A stretch of DNA of 64,000 nucleotides from Yuukianura sp. NJ FZ-2021 (taxonomy: Eukaryota): positions 7,812,001 to 7,876,000 of the forward strand of contig CM102284.1 of assembly GCA_046563655.1 (NCBI GenBank). Direction: 5' to 3'. The stretch's first letter is position 1. Each line of letters starts with the position of its first letter. The notes beneath the pieces were generated by a model. It was not told where the DNA came from, ran no database searches, and saw only the letters and a program-made list of their open reading frames with translations. The position numbers and the translations under genes were made by a program. Below, piece after piece: positions 12,101-25,749 of the stretch.

Positions 12101-15100
12101 TGTATGAAAAAAAATGAATTTTTTGACAAACATTGAGCTTGGTTCATTTCAGATGGGCTTTCCGAGGCAAAATATCGGAGTGCAATTTTCAGTTCTCAGA
12201 AAGCTCAGAATGACTTTTTGGGGAGTTTTGTATGAAAAAATGAATTTTTTGACTTCGACAAAAATTGAGCTTGGTTTCATTTCAGATGGGCTTCCCGAGG
12301 CAACATATCGGAGTGCAATTTTCAGTTCTCAGAAAGCTCAGAATGACTTTTTGGGGAGTTTTGTATGAAAAACATGAATTTGTTGGCAAAAATTGAGCTT
12401 GGTTCATTTCAGATGGGCTTTCCGAGGCAACATATCGGAGTGCAATTTTCAGTTCTCTGAAAGCTCAGAATGACTTTTTGGGGAGTTTTGTATGAAAAAA
12501 AATGAATTTTTTGACAAAAATTGAGCTTGGTTCATTTCACATAGGCTTTCCGAGGCAACATATCGGAGTGCAATTTTCAGTTCTCAGAAAGCTCAGAATG
12601 ACTTTTTGGGGAGTTTTGTATGAAAAAAAATGAATTTTTTGACAAAAATTGAGCTTGGTTCATTTCAGATGGGCTTTCCGAGGCAACATATCGGAGTGCA
12701 ATTTTCAGTTCTCAGAAAGCTCAGAATGACTTTTTGGGGAGTTTTCAATGAAAAAAATGAATTTTTTGACAAAAATTGAGCTTGGTTCACTTCAGATGGG
12801 CTTCCCGAGGCAAAATATCAGAGTGCAATTTTCAGTTCTCAGGAAGCTCAGAATGACTTCTTGGGGAGTTTTCAATGAAAAACATGAATTTGTTGGCAAA
12901 AATTGAGCTTGGTTCACTTCAGATGGGCGTTCAGAGACAAAATATCGGAGTGCAATTTTCAGTTCTCAGAAAGCTCAGAATGACTTTTTGGGGAGTTTTG
13001 TATGAAAAACATGAATTTGTTGGCAAAAATTGAGCTTGGTTCATTTCAGATGGGCTTTCCGAGGCAACATATCGGAGTGCAATTTTCAGTTCTCAGAAAG
13101 CTCAGAATGACTTTTTGAGGAGTTTTGTATGAAAAAAAATGAATTTTTTGACAAAAATTGAGCTTGGTTCATTTCACATGGGCTTTCCGAGGCAACATAT
13201 CGGAGTGCAATTTTCAGTTCTCAGAAAGCTCAGAATGACTTTTTGAGGAGTTTTGTATGAAAAAAATGAATTTTTTGACAAAAATTGAGCTTGGTTCACT
13301 TCAGATGGGCTTCCCGAGGCAAAATATCGGAGTGCAATTTTCAGTTCTCAGAAAGCTCAGAATGACTTTTTGGGGAGTTTTGTATGAAAAAATGAATTTT
13401 TTGACAAAAATTGAGCTTGGTTCATTTCAGATGGGCTTTCCGAGGCAAAATATCGGAGTGCAATTTTCAGTTCTCAGAAAGCTCAGAATGACTTTTTGGG
13501 GAGTTTTGTATGAAAAAATGAATTTTTTGACTTCGACAAAAATTGAGCTTGGTTCATTTCAGATGGGCTTCCCGAGGCAACATATCGGAGTGCAATTTTC
13601 AGTTCTCAGAAAGCTCAGAATGACTTTTTGGGGAGTTTTGTATGAAAAAAATGAATTTTTTGACAAAAATTGAGCTTGGTTCATTTCAGATGGGCTTTCC
13701 GAGGCAACATATCGGAGTGCAATTTTCAGTTCTCAGAAAGCTCAGAATGACTTTTTGGGGAGTTTTGTATGAAAAAATGAATTTTTTGACTTCGACAAAA
13801 ATTGAGCTTGGTTCATTTCAGATGGGCTTCCCGAGGCAACATATCGGAGTGCAATTTTCAGTTCTCAGAAAGCTCAGAATGACTTTTTGGGGAGTTTTGT
13901 ATGAAAAAAAATGAATTTTTTGACAAAAATTGAGCTTGGTTCATTTCAGATGGGCTTTCCGAGGCAACATATCGGAGTGCAATTTTCAGTTCTCAGAAAG
14001 CTCAGAATGACTTTTTGGGGAGTTTTGTATGAAAAACATGAATTTGTTGGCAAAAATTGAGCTTGGTTCACTTCAGATGGGCGTTCAGAGACAAAATATC
14101 GGAGTGCAATTTTCAGTTCTCAGAAAGCACAGAATGACTTTTTGGGGAGTTTTGTATGAAAAAAATGAATTTTTTGACAAAAATTGAGCTTGGTTCATTT
14201 CAAATGGGCTTTCCGAGGCAAAATATCGGAGTGCAATTTTCAGTTCTCAGAAAGCTCAGAATGACTTTTTGGGGAGTTTTGTATGAAAAAAATGAATATT
14301 TTGACAAAAATTGAGCTTGGTTCATTTCAGATGGGCTTTCCGAGGCAACATATCGGAGTGCAATTTTCAGTTCTCAGAAAGCTCAGAATGACTTTTTGGG
14401 GAGTTTTGTATGAAAAAATGAATTTTTTGACAAAAATTGAACTTGGTTCACTTCAGATGGGCGTTCCGAGGCAAAATATCGGAGTGCAATTTTCAGTTCT
14501 CAGAAAGCTCAGAATGACTTTTTGGGGAGTTTTGAATGAAAAAAATGGATTTTTTGACAAAAATTGAGCTTGGTTCACTTCAGATGGGTGTTCAGAGACA
14601 AAATACGGAGTGCAATTTTCAGTTCTCAGAAAGCTCAGAATGACTTTTTGGGGAGTTTTGTATGAAAAAATGAATTTTTTGACTTCGACAAAAATTGAGC
14701 TTGGTTCATTTCAGATGGGCTTCCCGAGGCAACATATCGGAGTGCAATTTTCAGTTCTCAGAAAGCTCAGAATGACTTTTTGGGGAGTTTTGTATGAAAA
14801 AAATGAATTTTTTGACAAAAATTGAGCTTGGTTCATTTCAGATGGGCTTTCCGAGGCAACATATCGGAGTGCAATTTTCAGTTCTCAGAAAGCTCAGAAT
14901 GACTTTTTGGGGAGTTTTGTATGAAAAACATGAATTTGTTGGCAAAAATTGAGCTTGGTTCATTTCAGATGGGCTTTCCGAGGCAAAATATCGGAGTGCA
15001 ATTTTCAGTTCTCAGAAAGCTCAGAATGACTTTTTGGGGAGTTTTGTATGAAAAAAAATGAATTTTTTGACAAAAATTGAGCTTGGTTCATTTCAGATGG

Positions 15101-18100
15101 GCTTTCCGAGGCAACATATCGGAGTGCAATTTTCAGTTCTCAGAAAGCTCAGAATGACTTTTTGGGGAGTTTTGTATGAAAAACATGAATTTGTTGGCAA
15201 AAATTGAGCTTGGTTCACTTCAGATGGGCGTTCAGAGACAAAATATCGGAGTGCAATTTTCAGTTCTCAGAAAGCACAGAATGACTTTTTGGGGAGTTTT
15301 GTATGAAAAAAATGAATTTTTTGACAAAAATTGAGCTTGGTTCATTTCAAATGGGCTTTCCGAGGCAAAATATCGGAGTGCAATTTTCAGTTCTCAGAAA
15401 GCTCAGAATGACTTTTTGGGTAGTTTTGTATGAAAAAAATGAATATTTTGACAAAAATTGAGCTTGGTTCATTTCAGATGGGCTTTCCGAGGCAACATAT
15501 CGGAGTGCAATTTTCAGTTCTCAGAAAGCTCAGAATGACTTTTTGGGGAGTTTTGTATGAAAAAATGAATTTTTTGACAAAAATTGAACTTGGTTCACTT
15601 CAGATGGGCGTTCCGAGGCAAAATATCGGAGTGCAATTTTCAGTTCTCAGAAAGCTCAGAATGACTTTTTGGGGAGTTTTGAATGAAAAAAATGGATTTT
15701 TTGACAAAAATTGAGCTTGGTTCACTTCAGATGGGTGTTCAGAGACAAAATACGGAGTGCAATTTTCAGTTCTCAGAAAGCTCAAAATGACTTTTTGGGG
15801 AGTTTTGTATGAAAAAATGAATTTTTTGACTTCGACAAAAATTGAGCTTGGTTCATTTCAGATGGGCTTTCCCGAGGCAACATATCGGAGTTCAATTTTC
15901 ATTTCTGAGATTGCTCAGAATGACTTTTTGGGGAGTTTTGAATGAAAAAACAAGAATTTTTTGACAAAAATTGAGCTTGGTTCATTTCAGATGGGCTTTC
16001 CGAGGCAACATATCGGAGTGCAATTTTCAGTTCTCAGAAAGCTCAGAATGACTTTTTGGGGAGTTTTGTATGAAAAACATGAATTTGTTGGCAAAAATTG
16101 AGCTTGGTTCATTTCAGATGGGCTTTCCGAGGCAAAATATCGGAGTGCAATTTTCAGTTCTCAGAAAGCTCAGAATGACTTTTTGGGGAGTTTTGTATGA
16201 AAAAATGAATTTTTTGACAAAAATTGAGCTTGGTTCATTTCAGATGGGCTTTCCGAGGCAACATATCGGAGTGCAATTTTCAGTTCTCAGAAAGCTCAGA
16301 ATGACTTTTTGGGGAGTTTTGAATGAAAAAAATGGATTTTTTGACAAAAATTGAGCTTGGTTCACTTCAGATGGGTGTTCAGAGACAAAATATCGGAGTG
16401 CAATTTTCAGTTCTCAGAAAGCTCAGAATGACTTTTTGGGGAGTTTTGTATGAAAAAAATGAATTTTTTGACAAAAATTGAGCTTGGTTCATTTCAGATG
16501 GGCTTCCCGAGGCAACATATCGGAGTGCAATTTTCAGTTCTCAGAAAGCTCAGAATGACTTTTTGGGGAGTTTTGTATGAAAAACATGAATTTGTTGGCA
16601 AAAATTGAGCTTGGTTCACTTCAGATGGGCGTTCAGAGACAAAATATCGGAGTGCAATTTTCAGTTCTCAGAAAGCTCAGAATGACTTTTTGGGGAGTTT
16701 TGTATGAAAAAATGAATGTTTTGACAAAAATTGAGCTTGGTTCACTTCAGATGGGCGTTCAGAGACAAAATATCGGAGTGCAATTTTCAGTTCTCAGAAA
16801 GCTCAGAATGACTTTTTGGGGAGTTTTGTATGAAAAAAATGAATATTTTGACAAAAATTGAGCTTGGTTCATTTCAGATGGGCTTTCCGAGGCAACACAT
16901 CGGAGTGCAATTTTCAGTTCTCAGAAAGCTCAGAATGACTTTTTGGGGAGTTTTGTATGAAAAAATGAATTTTTTGACAAAAATTGAACTTGGTTCACTT
17001 CAGATGGGCGTTCCGAGGCAAAATATCGGAGTGCAATTTTCAGTTCTCAGAAAGCTCAAAATGACTTTTTGGGGAGTTTTGTATGAAAAAAATGAATTTT
17101 TTGACAAAAATTGAGCTTGGTTCATTTCAGATGGGCTTCCCGAGGCAACATATCGGAGTGCAATTTTCAGTTCTCAGAAAGCTCAGAATGAATTTTTAGG
17201 GAGTTTTGTATGAAAAAAAATGAATTTTTTGACAAAAATTGAGCTTGGTTCACTTCAGATGGGCTTTCCGAGGCAACATATCGGAGTGCAATTTTCAGTT
17301 CTCAGAAAGCTCAGAATGACTTTTTAGGGAGTTTTGTATGAAAAAAAATGAATTTTTTGACAAAAATTGAGCTTGGTTCATTTCAGATGGGCTTTCCGAG
17401 GCAACATATCGGAGTGCAATTTTCAGTTCTCAGAAAGCTCAGAATGAATTTTTGGGGAGTTTTGTATGAAAAAATGAATGTTTTGACAAAAATTGAGCTT
17501 GGTTCACTTCAGATGGGCGTTCAGAGACAAAATATCGGAGTGCAATTTTCAGTTCTCAGAAAGCTCAGAATGACTTTTTGGGGAGTTTTGTATGAAAAAA
17601 ATGAATATTTTGACAAAAATTGAGCTTGGTTCATTTCAGATGGGCTTTCCGAGGCAACACATCGGAGTGCAATTTTCAGTTCTCAGAAAGCTCAGAATGA
17701 CTTTTTGGGGAGTTTTGTATGAAAAAATGAATTTTTTGACAAAAATTGAACTTGGTTCACTTCAGATGGGCGTTCCGAGGCAAAATATCGGAGTGCAATT
17801 TTCAGTTCTCAGAAAGCTCAAAATGACTTTTTGGGGAGTTTTGTATGAAAAAAATGAATTTTTTGACAAAAATTGAGCTTGGTTCATTTCAGATGGGCTT
17901 CCCGAGGCAACATATCGGAGTGCAATTTTCAGTTCTCAGAAAGCTCAGAATGAATTTTTGGGGAGTTTTGTATGAAAAAAATGAATTTTTTGACAAAAAT
18001 TGAGCTTGGTTCACTTCAGATGGGCTTCCCGAGGCAACATATCGGAGTGCAATTTTCAGTTCTCAGAAAGCTCAGAATGACTTTTTAGGGAGTTTTGTAT

Positions 18101-21100
18101 GAAAAAAAATGAATTTTTTGACAAAAATTGAGCTTGGTTCATTTCAGATGGGCTTTCCGAGGCAACATATCGGAGTGCAATTTTCAGTTCTCAGAAAGCT
18201 CAGAATGACTTTTTGGGGAGTTTTGTATGAAAAAAATGAATTTTTTGACAAAAATTGAGCTTGGTTCACTTCAGATGGGCGTTCAGAGACAAAATATCGG
18301 AGTGCAATTTTCAGTTCTCAGAAAGCACAGAATGACTTTTTGGGGAGTTTTGTATGAAAAAAATGAATTTTTTGACAAAAATTGAGCTTGGTTCATTTCA
18401 AATGGGCTTCCCGAGGCAACATATCGGAGTGCAATTTTCAGTTCTCAGAAAGCTCAGAATGAATTTTTAGGGAGTTTTGTATGAAAAAAAATGAATTTTT
18501 TGACAAAAATTGAGCTTGGTTCACTTCAGATGGGCTTTCCGAGACAAAATATCGGAGTGCAATTTTCAGTTCTCAGAAAGCTCAGAATGACTTTTTGGGG
18601 AGTTTTGAATGAAAAAAATGGATTTTTTGACAAAAATTGAGCTTGGTTCACTTCAGATGGGTGTTCAGAGACAAAATATCGGAGTGCAATTTTCAGTTCT
18701 CAGAAAGCTCAGAATGACTTTTTGGGGAGTTTTGTATGAAAAAAATGAATTTTTTGACAAAAATTGAGCTTGGTTCATTTCAGATGGGCTTTCCGAGGCA
18801 ACATATCGGAGTGCAATTTTCAGTTCTCAGAAAGCTCAGAATGACTTTTTGGGGAGTTTTGAATGAAAAAATGGATTTTTTGACAAAAATTGAGCTTGGT
18901 TCACTTCAGATGGGTGTTCAGAGACAAAATATCGGAGTGCAATTTTCAGTTCTCAGAAAGCTCAGAATGACTTTTTGGGGAGTTTTGTATGAAAAAAATG
19001 AATTTTTTGACAAAAATTGAGCTTGGTTCATTTCAGATGGGCTTCCCGAGGCAACATATCGGAGTGCAATTTTCAGTTCTCAGAAAGCTCAGAATGACTT
19101 TTTGGGGAGTTTTGTATGAAAAACATGAATTTGTTGGCAAAAATTGAGCTTGGTTCACTTCAGATGGGCGTTCAGAGACAAAATATCGGAGTGCAATTTT
19201 CAGTTCTCAGAAAGCTCAGAATGACTTTTTGGGGAGTTTTGTATGAAAAAATGAATGTTTTGACAAAAATTGAGCTTGGTTCACTTCAGATGGGCGTTCA
19301 GAGACAAAATATCGGAGTGCAATTTTCAGTTCTCAGAAAGCTCAGAATGACTTTTTGGGGAGTTTTGTATGAAAAAAATGAATATTTTGACAAAAATTGA
19401 GCTTGGTTCATTTCAGATGGGCTTTCCGAGGCAACACATCGGAGTGCAATTTTCAGTTCTCAGAAAGCTCAGAATGACTTTTTGGGGAGTTTTGTATGAA
19501 AAAATGAATTTTTTGACAAAAATTGAACTTGGTTCACTTCAGATGGGCGTTCCGAGGCAAAATATCGGAGTGCAATTTTCAGTTCTCAGAAAGCTCAAAA
19601 TGACTTTTTGGGGAGTTTTGTATGAAAAAAATGAATTTTTTGACAAAAATTGAGCTTGGTTCATTTCAGATGGGCTTTCCGAGGCAACATATCGGAGTGC
19701 AATTTTCAGTTCTCAGAAAGCTCAGAATGACTTTTTGGGGAGTTTTGAATGAAAAAAATGGATTTTTTGACAAAAATTGAGCTTGGTTCACTTCAGATGG
19801 GTGTTCAGAGACAAAATATCGGAGTGCAATTTTCAGTTCTCAGAAAGCTCAGAATGACTTTTTGGGGAGTTTTGTATGAAAAAAATGAATTTTTTGACAA
19901 AAATTGAGCTTGGTTCATTTCAGATGGGCTTCCCGAGGCAACATATCGGAGTGCAATTTTCAGTTCTCAGAAAGCTCAGAATGAATTTTTAGGGAGTTTT
20001 GTATGAAAAAAAATGAATTTTTTGACAAAAATTGAGCTTGGTTCACTTCAGATGGGCTTCCCGAGGCAACATATCGGAGTGCAATTTTCAGTTCTCAGAA
20101 AGCTCAGAATGACTTTTTAGGGAGTTTTGTATGAAAAAAAATGAATTTTTTGACAAAAATTGAGCTTGGTTCACTTCAGATGGGCTTTCCAAGGCAAAAT
20201 ATCGGAGTGCAATTTTCAGTTCTCAGAAAGCTCAGAATGACTTTTTGGGGAGTTTTGTATGAAAAAAAATGAATTTTTTTACAAAAATTGAGCTTGGTTC
20301 ACTTCAGATGGGCGTTCAGAGACAAAATATCGGAGTGCAATTTTCAGTTCTCAGAAAGCACAGAATGACTTTTTGGGGAGTTTTCAATGAAAAAAAATGG
20401 AATTTTTTGACAAAAATTGAGCTTGGTTCATTTCAGATGGGCTTTCCGAGGCAAAATATCGGAGTGCAATTTTCAGTTCTCAGAAAGCTCAGAATGACTT
20501 TTTGGGGAGTTTTGATTGAAAAAAATGAATTTTTTGACAAAAATTGAGCTTGGTTCATTTCAGATGGGCTTTCCGAGGCAACATATCGGAGTGCAATTTT
20601 CAGTTCTCAGAAAGCTCAGAATGACTTTTTGGGGAGTTTTGTATGAAAAAATGAATGTTTTGACAAAAATTGAGCTTGGTTCACTTCAGATGGGCGTACA
20701 GAGACAAAATATCGGAGTGCAATTTTCAGTTCTCAGAAAGCACAGAATGACTTTTTGGGGAGTTTTGTATGAAAAAAATGAATTTTTTGACAAAAATTGA
20801 GCTTGGTTCATTTCAAATGGGCTTTCCGAGGCAAAATATCGGAGTGCAATTTTCAGTTCTCAGAAAGCTCAGAATGACTTTTTGGGGAGTTTTGTATGAA
20901 AAAATGAATGTTTTGACAAAAATTGAGCTTGGTTCACTTCAGATGGGCGTACAGAGACAAAATATCGGAGTGCAATTTTCAGTTCTCAGAAAGCTCAGAA
21001 TGACTTTTTGGGGAGTTTTGTATGAAAAAAATGAATTTTTTGACAAAAATTGAGCTTGGTTCATTTCAAATGGGCTTTCCGAGGCAAAATATCGGAGTGC

Positions 21101-23308
21101 AATTTTCAGTTCTCAGAAAGCTCAGAATGACTTTTTGGGGAGTTTTGTATGAAAAAAATGAATATTTTGACAAAAATTGAGCTTGGTTCATTTCAGATGG
21201 GCTTTCCGAGGCAACATATCGGAGTGCAATTTTCAGTTCTCAGAAAGCTCAGAATGACATTTTGGGGAGTTTTGTATGAAAAAATGAATTTTTTGACAAA
21301 AATTGAACTTGGTTCACTTCAGATGGGCGTTCCGAGGCAAAATATCGGAGTGCAATTTTCAGTTCTCAGAAAGCTCAGAATGACTTTTTGGGGAGTTTTG
21401 TATGAAAAAATGAATTTTTTGACAAAAATTGAACTTGGTTCACTTCAGATGGGCGTTCCGAGGCAAAATATCGGAGTGCAATTTTCAGTTCTCAGAAAGC
21501 TCAAAATGACTTTTTGGGGAGTTTTGTATGAAAAAAATGAATTTTTTGACAAAAATTGAGCTTGGTTCATTTCAGATGGGCTTTCCGAGGCAACATATCG
21601 GAGTGCAATTTTCAGTTCTCAGAAAGCTCAGAATGACTTTTTGGGGAGTTTTGAATGAAAAAAATGGATTTTTTGACAAAAATTGAGCTTGGTTCACTTC
21701 AGATGGGTGTTCAGAGACAAAATATCGGAGTGCAATTTTCAGTTCTCAGAAAGCTCAGAATGACTTTTTGGGGAGTTTTGTATGAAAAAAATGAATTTTT
21801 TGACAAAAATTGAGCTTGGTTCATTTCAGATGGGCTTTCCGAGGGAACATATCGGAGTGCAATTTTCAGTTCTCAGAAAGCTCAGAATGACTTTTTGGGG
21901 AGTTTTGAATGAAAAAAATGGATTTTTTGACAAAAATTGAGCTTGGTTCACTCCGGATGAGCTTTCCGAGGCAAAATATCGGAGTGCAATTTTCAGTTCT
22001 CAGAAACCTCAGAATGACTTTTTGGGGAGTCTTGAATGAAAAAAATGAATATTTTGACAAAAATTGAGCTTGGTTCATTTCAGATGGGCTTTCCGAGGCA
22101 ACATATCGGAGTGCAATTTTCAGTTCTCAGAAAGCTCAGAATGACTTTTTGGGGAGTTTTGTATGAAAAAAATGAATTTTTTGACAAAAATTGAGCTTGG
22201 TTCATTTCAGATGGGCGTTCAGAGACAAAATATCGGAGTGCAATTTTCAGTTCTCAGAAAGCTCAGAATGACTTTTTGGGGAGTTTTGTATGAAAAAATG
22301 AATTTTTTGACAAAAATTGAGCTTGGTTCATTTCAGATGGGCTTTCCGAGGCAACATATCGGAGTGCAATTTTCAGTTCTCAGAAAGCTCAGAATGACTT
22401 TTTGGGGAGTTTTGAATGAAAAAAATGGATTTTTTGACAAAAATTGAGCTTGGTTCACTTCAGATGGGTGTTCAGAGACAAAATATCGGAGTGCAATTTT
22501 CAGTTCTCAGAAAGCTCAGAATGAATTTTTGGGGAGTTTTGTATGAAAAAAAAATGAATTTTTTGACAAAAATTGAGCTTGGTTCATTTCAGATGGGCTT
22601 TCCGAGGCAACATATCGGAGTGCAATTTTCAGTTCTCAGAAAGCTCAGAATGACTTTTTGGGGAGTTTTGTATGAAAAAAATGAATTTTTTGACAAAAAT
22701 TGAGCTTGGTTCATTTCAGATGGGCTTTCCGAGGCAACATATCGGAGTGCAATTTTCAGTTCTCAGAAAGCTCAGAATGACTTTTTGGGGAGTTTTGTAT
22801 GAAAAACATGAATTTGTTGGCAAAAATTGAGCTTGGTTCATTTCAGATGGGCTTTCCGAGGCAAAATATCGGAGTGCAATTTTCAGTTCTCAGAAAGCTC
22901 AGAATGAATTTTTGGGGAGTTTTGTATGAAAAAAATGAATTTTTTGACAAAAATTGAGCTTGGTTCATTTCAGATGGGCTTTCCGAGGCAACATATCGGA
23001 GTGCAATTTTCAGTTCTCAGAAAGCTCAGAATGACTTTTTGGGGAGTTTTGAATGAAAAAAATGGATTTTTTGACAAAAATTGAGCTTGGTTCACTTCAG
23101 ATGGGTGTTCAGAGACAAAATATCGGAGTGCAATTTTCAGTTCTCAGAAACCTCAGAATGAATTTTTGGGGAGTTTTGTATGAAAAAAAATGAATTTTTT
23201 GACAAAAATTGAGCTTGGTTCATTTCAGATGGGCTTTCCGAGGCAACATATCGGAGTGCAATTTTCAGTTCTCAGAAAGCTCAGAATGACTTTTTGGGGA
23301 GTTTTGTA

Positions 23309-23408
23309 NNNNNNNNNNNNNNNNNNNNNNNNNNNNNNNNNNNNNNNNNNNNNNNNNNNNNNNNNNNNNNNNNNNNNNNNNNNNNNNNNNNNNNNNNNNN
23401 NNNNNNNN
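23309..23408. other. Assembly gap (100 N, probably of arbitrary size)
   Basis: Exactly 100 Ns between satellite and unique sequence. Confidence 0.99.
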
Positions 23409-25009
23409 GCGTCACGTACTTAAAAAAAGTATTTATAGTTTGACTTTTTATTTTTGATCCTTTGTTGATTGCATTTTCTCAACCAAAAATCAGTTACAGG
23501 GACAATCAAGCGGAATTTTTGTTGCCGTAATTTAGGTATTACATTAGTGCGAAATTAATTTCTGATAAAATGAAGAAATTAACAAAAATAATAGGTAGGT
23601 AGGGAAGAGCGTACTGTAAACCTTACTGTGACGGTGGCACACCAAATCCTTACAGTACCTGATTGTAAAAGCATGAGTTAGGGATTTTGCACACCAAAAT
23701 ACTGTAAGACGGTAAGATGGTTGGCGCGAATTGATTTTAAAACTCAGAGTGAAAAAAAGTCCAAACTCCAAGAAAACAGCAAAAATGTCCCGACTGTTGA
23801 CCTAGATTTCATGACTGCATCCAGTGGTGCAAATTTTAATGAACTAGAGGGTTTACCATGTAAAAATTATAGTTAGCAGTCCTATAAGAGTACAGTTTAA
23901 ATAAAATCCATTTAGTGTTAACTTGGGCGCCCTTAAATTGCTGAAAGCAAAAATTTTCCCTTTAAAATCGTGGTGAGTGTAGCGTATTGAATGTTCTCTC
24001 CAATAGCGTTCGCACCAACGTCTCTGCTTTGCTGATTCGCTTCAGTAACGTGTCCTCTTCCTTTCAACTCCTAATTTAAAAGAAACGAATCATCAGTTGG
24101 TTCTGGTCGCGAAGCTTGGTAGGGTATTTGAAGTATCAAGTTCTAAAAGTTACAAACTTACAAATATCTAGTTCTCAATTTTGCTGCCGAAACGGAACGG
24201 ATGACACTAGCTTTCTGATACGGCACCGTACTTTAAGTCCATCCACTCCACAATTAGGGATTACTGAATTAATTGTTGCCGAAATTTTGTTCCATTTTTG
24301 TTATTCCGGTTATCCAGATGGATAGGAGTAATTCACCGGCTGTTCTTTGCTGTATTTGCTCTCTTTTAGATTTTTTTTCGAATGGTTTCTTCGCTTGAAT
24401 TCGGGAAACCGAATTAGTTGCCAGGATTAAGCCGAAGGCCTACAAGAGCATAACTTAAGTTATACAGACATATGCACAATAATTTTAACGTGTCCTTTGT
24501 TTTAAGTCGGTCACTTACGATTTGAATGTGCCCAGTTTCCGAATCCACGTTCACAGCTTAATCCTACGGTGTCACCAGCTGAAGACTCATGTCAATTAAA
24601 GAACTACTTAGTCAATTAATACTTACCAAACTGACGTGACTTTTGGATGTTCCGAACAGCTGAGCAATTTAAGTTTCAAAAAAGCCAAATTTCAAAGTAA
24701 CTAATTCTGGCGCCAGAGAAAGAGTCTTAACTTGCCTCCTTTTTGCCCTCATCCTACAGTACAGTAAAAACTAGAGACGTGTTTCGAAAAAAGAGGAGTT
24801 TACTCTCATTTCTGACGGTGTGCTGGGTCCACAGTCAGAATCACAGTACTACAGTACCACAGTACGCCCTTCCCTACCTGCCTAATAAGAGGTGGTCTAC
24901 TGTACAAGTTTTCATTTTCAATTCCTGATTTCAGAGTGTTGGCAAACGGATTTTCTGGCGAATCTGATATCAGTCGATGCCAAATTTTGTCTAGTTTTTA
25001 AAACAGTGA

Positions 25010-25258
25010 CTAGTATTGCAAAGATTTAAAGGTAGAGTTAATGTGAGTTTCATTTCGTGGTACGACGATTAGTTGAATCGGTTGATTTGAAAAGTATTTC
25101 AATTTAAAGCTCGTTGTAGCCTGCAATACAACAAGTACATGGCAGTAGTCGTATCCAAAATTTTCAAATTTAGTTGCCTGTTCCAAATTGGTATAAACTG
25201 CGGAGATAATAGTTGCAAAATTTAATAAAATTTTGAAAAGTTGGTACATTGACTTCAT
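25010..25258 (-). pseudogene. IR-like paralogue 1: 5' fragment only (~82 codons)
   Basis: MKSMYQLFKILLNF...TKFENFGYDYCHVLVVLQ...KYFSNQPIQLIVVPRNETHINSTFKSLQY* matches the N-termini of the other paralogues; homology is lost after ~25015. Confidence 0.85.
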
Positions 25259-25287
25259 ATTGTTACTTGAATAGCTAATTCGCCCTA

Positions 25288-25690
25288 CTACTCCTAGCAA
25301 CCTAACTTGAACAAAACGTTGGTGTTTTTCTACTGAGCGATCAGCGAAAAAAACGAACGCTTTTGCAAAAATCTCACATCACCCCAACGACATGTGAGAT
25401 TGTTTGAACAATAAGAGAAGGTTTATTAACTAAAAAAGTTAAAAATATGTCAAATGTATTTAAAACGGACTTTTAAAAAAGCAGGAAACGTTCATAATTA
25501 ATTTTCCAGTTTCTTTAAACGTCATTTGTTAAATTAATTTGAAACATTTTAAACTTCGTTAGTTATATTGTTCAAACAATCTCACATATCGTTGGGGCGA
25601 TGTGAGATTTTTGCAGAAACGTTCAATTTTTCGCTAATCGCTCAGTAGAAAAACACCAACGTTTTGTTCAAGTTAAGTTACTAGGAACAG
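25288..25690. mobile_element. MITE with long (~125 bp) imperfect terminal inverted repeats and TA TSD (Tc1/mariner-type)
   Basis: Left CTACTCCTAGCAACCTAACTTGAACAAAACGTTGGTGTTTTTCTACTGAGCG...; right ...CGCTCAGTAGAAAAACACCAACGTTTTGTTCAAGTTAAGTTACTAGGAACAG; flanked by TA (25286-7, 25691-2). Confidence 0.8.
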
Positions 25691-25749
25691 TACTCTGGCA
25701 CTCCATACCGAAAGCAAAAATACCTGTGTGCTAAGAAAAAACTGCCCGG

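Larger units (their letters stand above)
1..23308. repeat. Satellite DNA array (left subfamily), ~127-bp monomer, roughly 155-160 copies, interrupted by two LINE copies and inverted blocks
   Basis: Tandem monomer AAAATATCGGAGTGCAATTTTCAGTTCTCAGAAAGCTCAGAATGACTTTTTGGGGAGTTTTGTATGAAAAAAATGAATTTTTTGACAAAAATTGAGCTTGGTTCACTTCAGATGGGCTTTCCGAGGC (127 bp; A-run length varies 126-129). Typical variants here: GTTTTGTATG, GGCAACATAT, GCGTTCAGAGAC, CATGAATTTGTTGGC. Confidence 0.98.

Noticed and set aside
389-23308. CRISPR-like repeat array
   Set aside because: Whole monomers repeat with no unique spacers, there are no cas genes, and the context is eukaryotic.
150-23423. Dozens of 60-140 aa ORFs (MGFPRQNIGVQFSVLRKLRMTFWG...) here and in 43057-62050
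   Set aside because: Translations of the satellite monomer; they start and stop according to A-run length and have no coding hallmarks.
23409-25009. Unique-looking sequence with short ORFs and possible transposon ends (TACAGTAGACCACCTC on the minus strand ~24890-24905; CACTGTTTTAAAAAC on the minus strand ~24993-25007)
   Set aside because: No matching partner TIR or TSD found and no recognisable protein; left unannotated.
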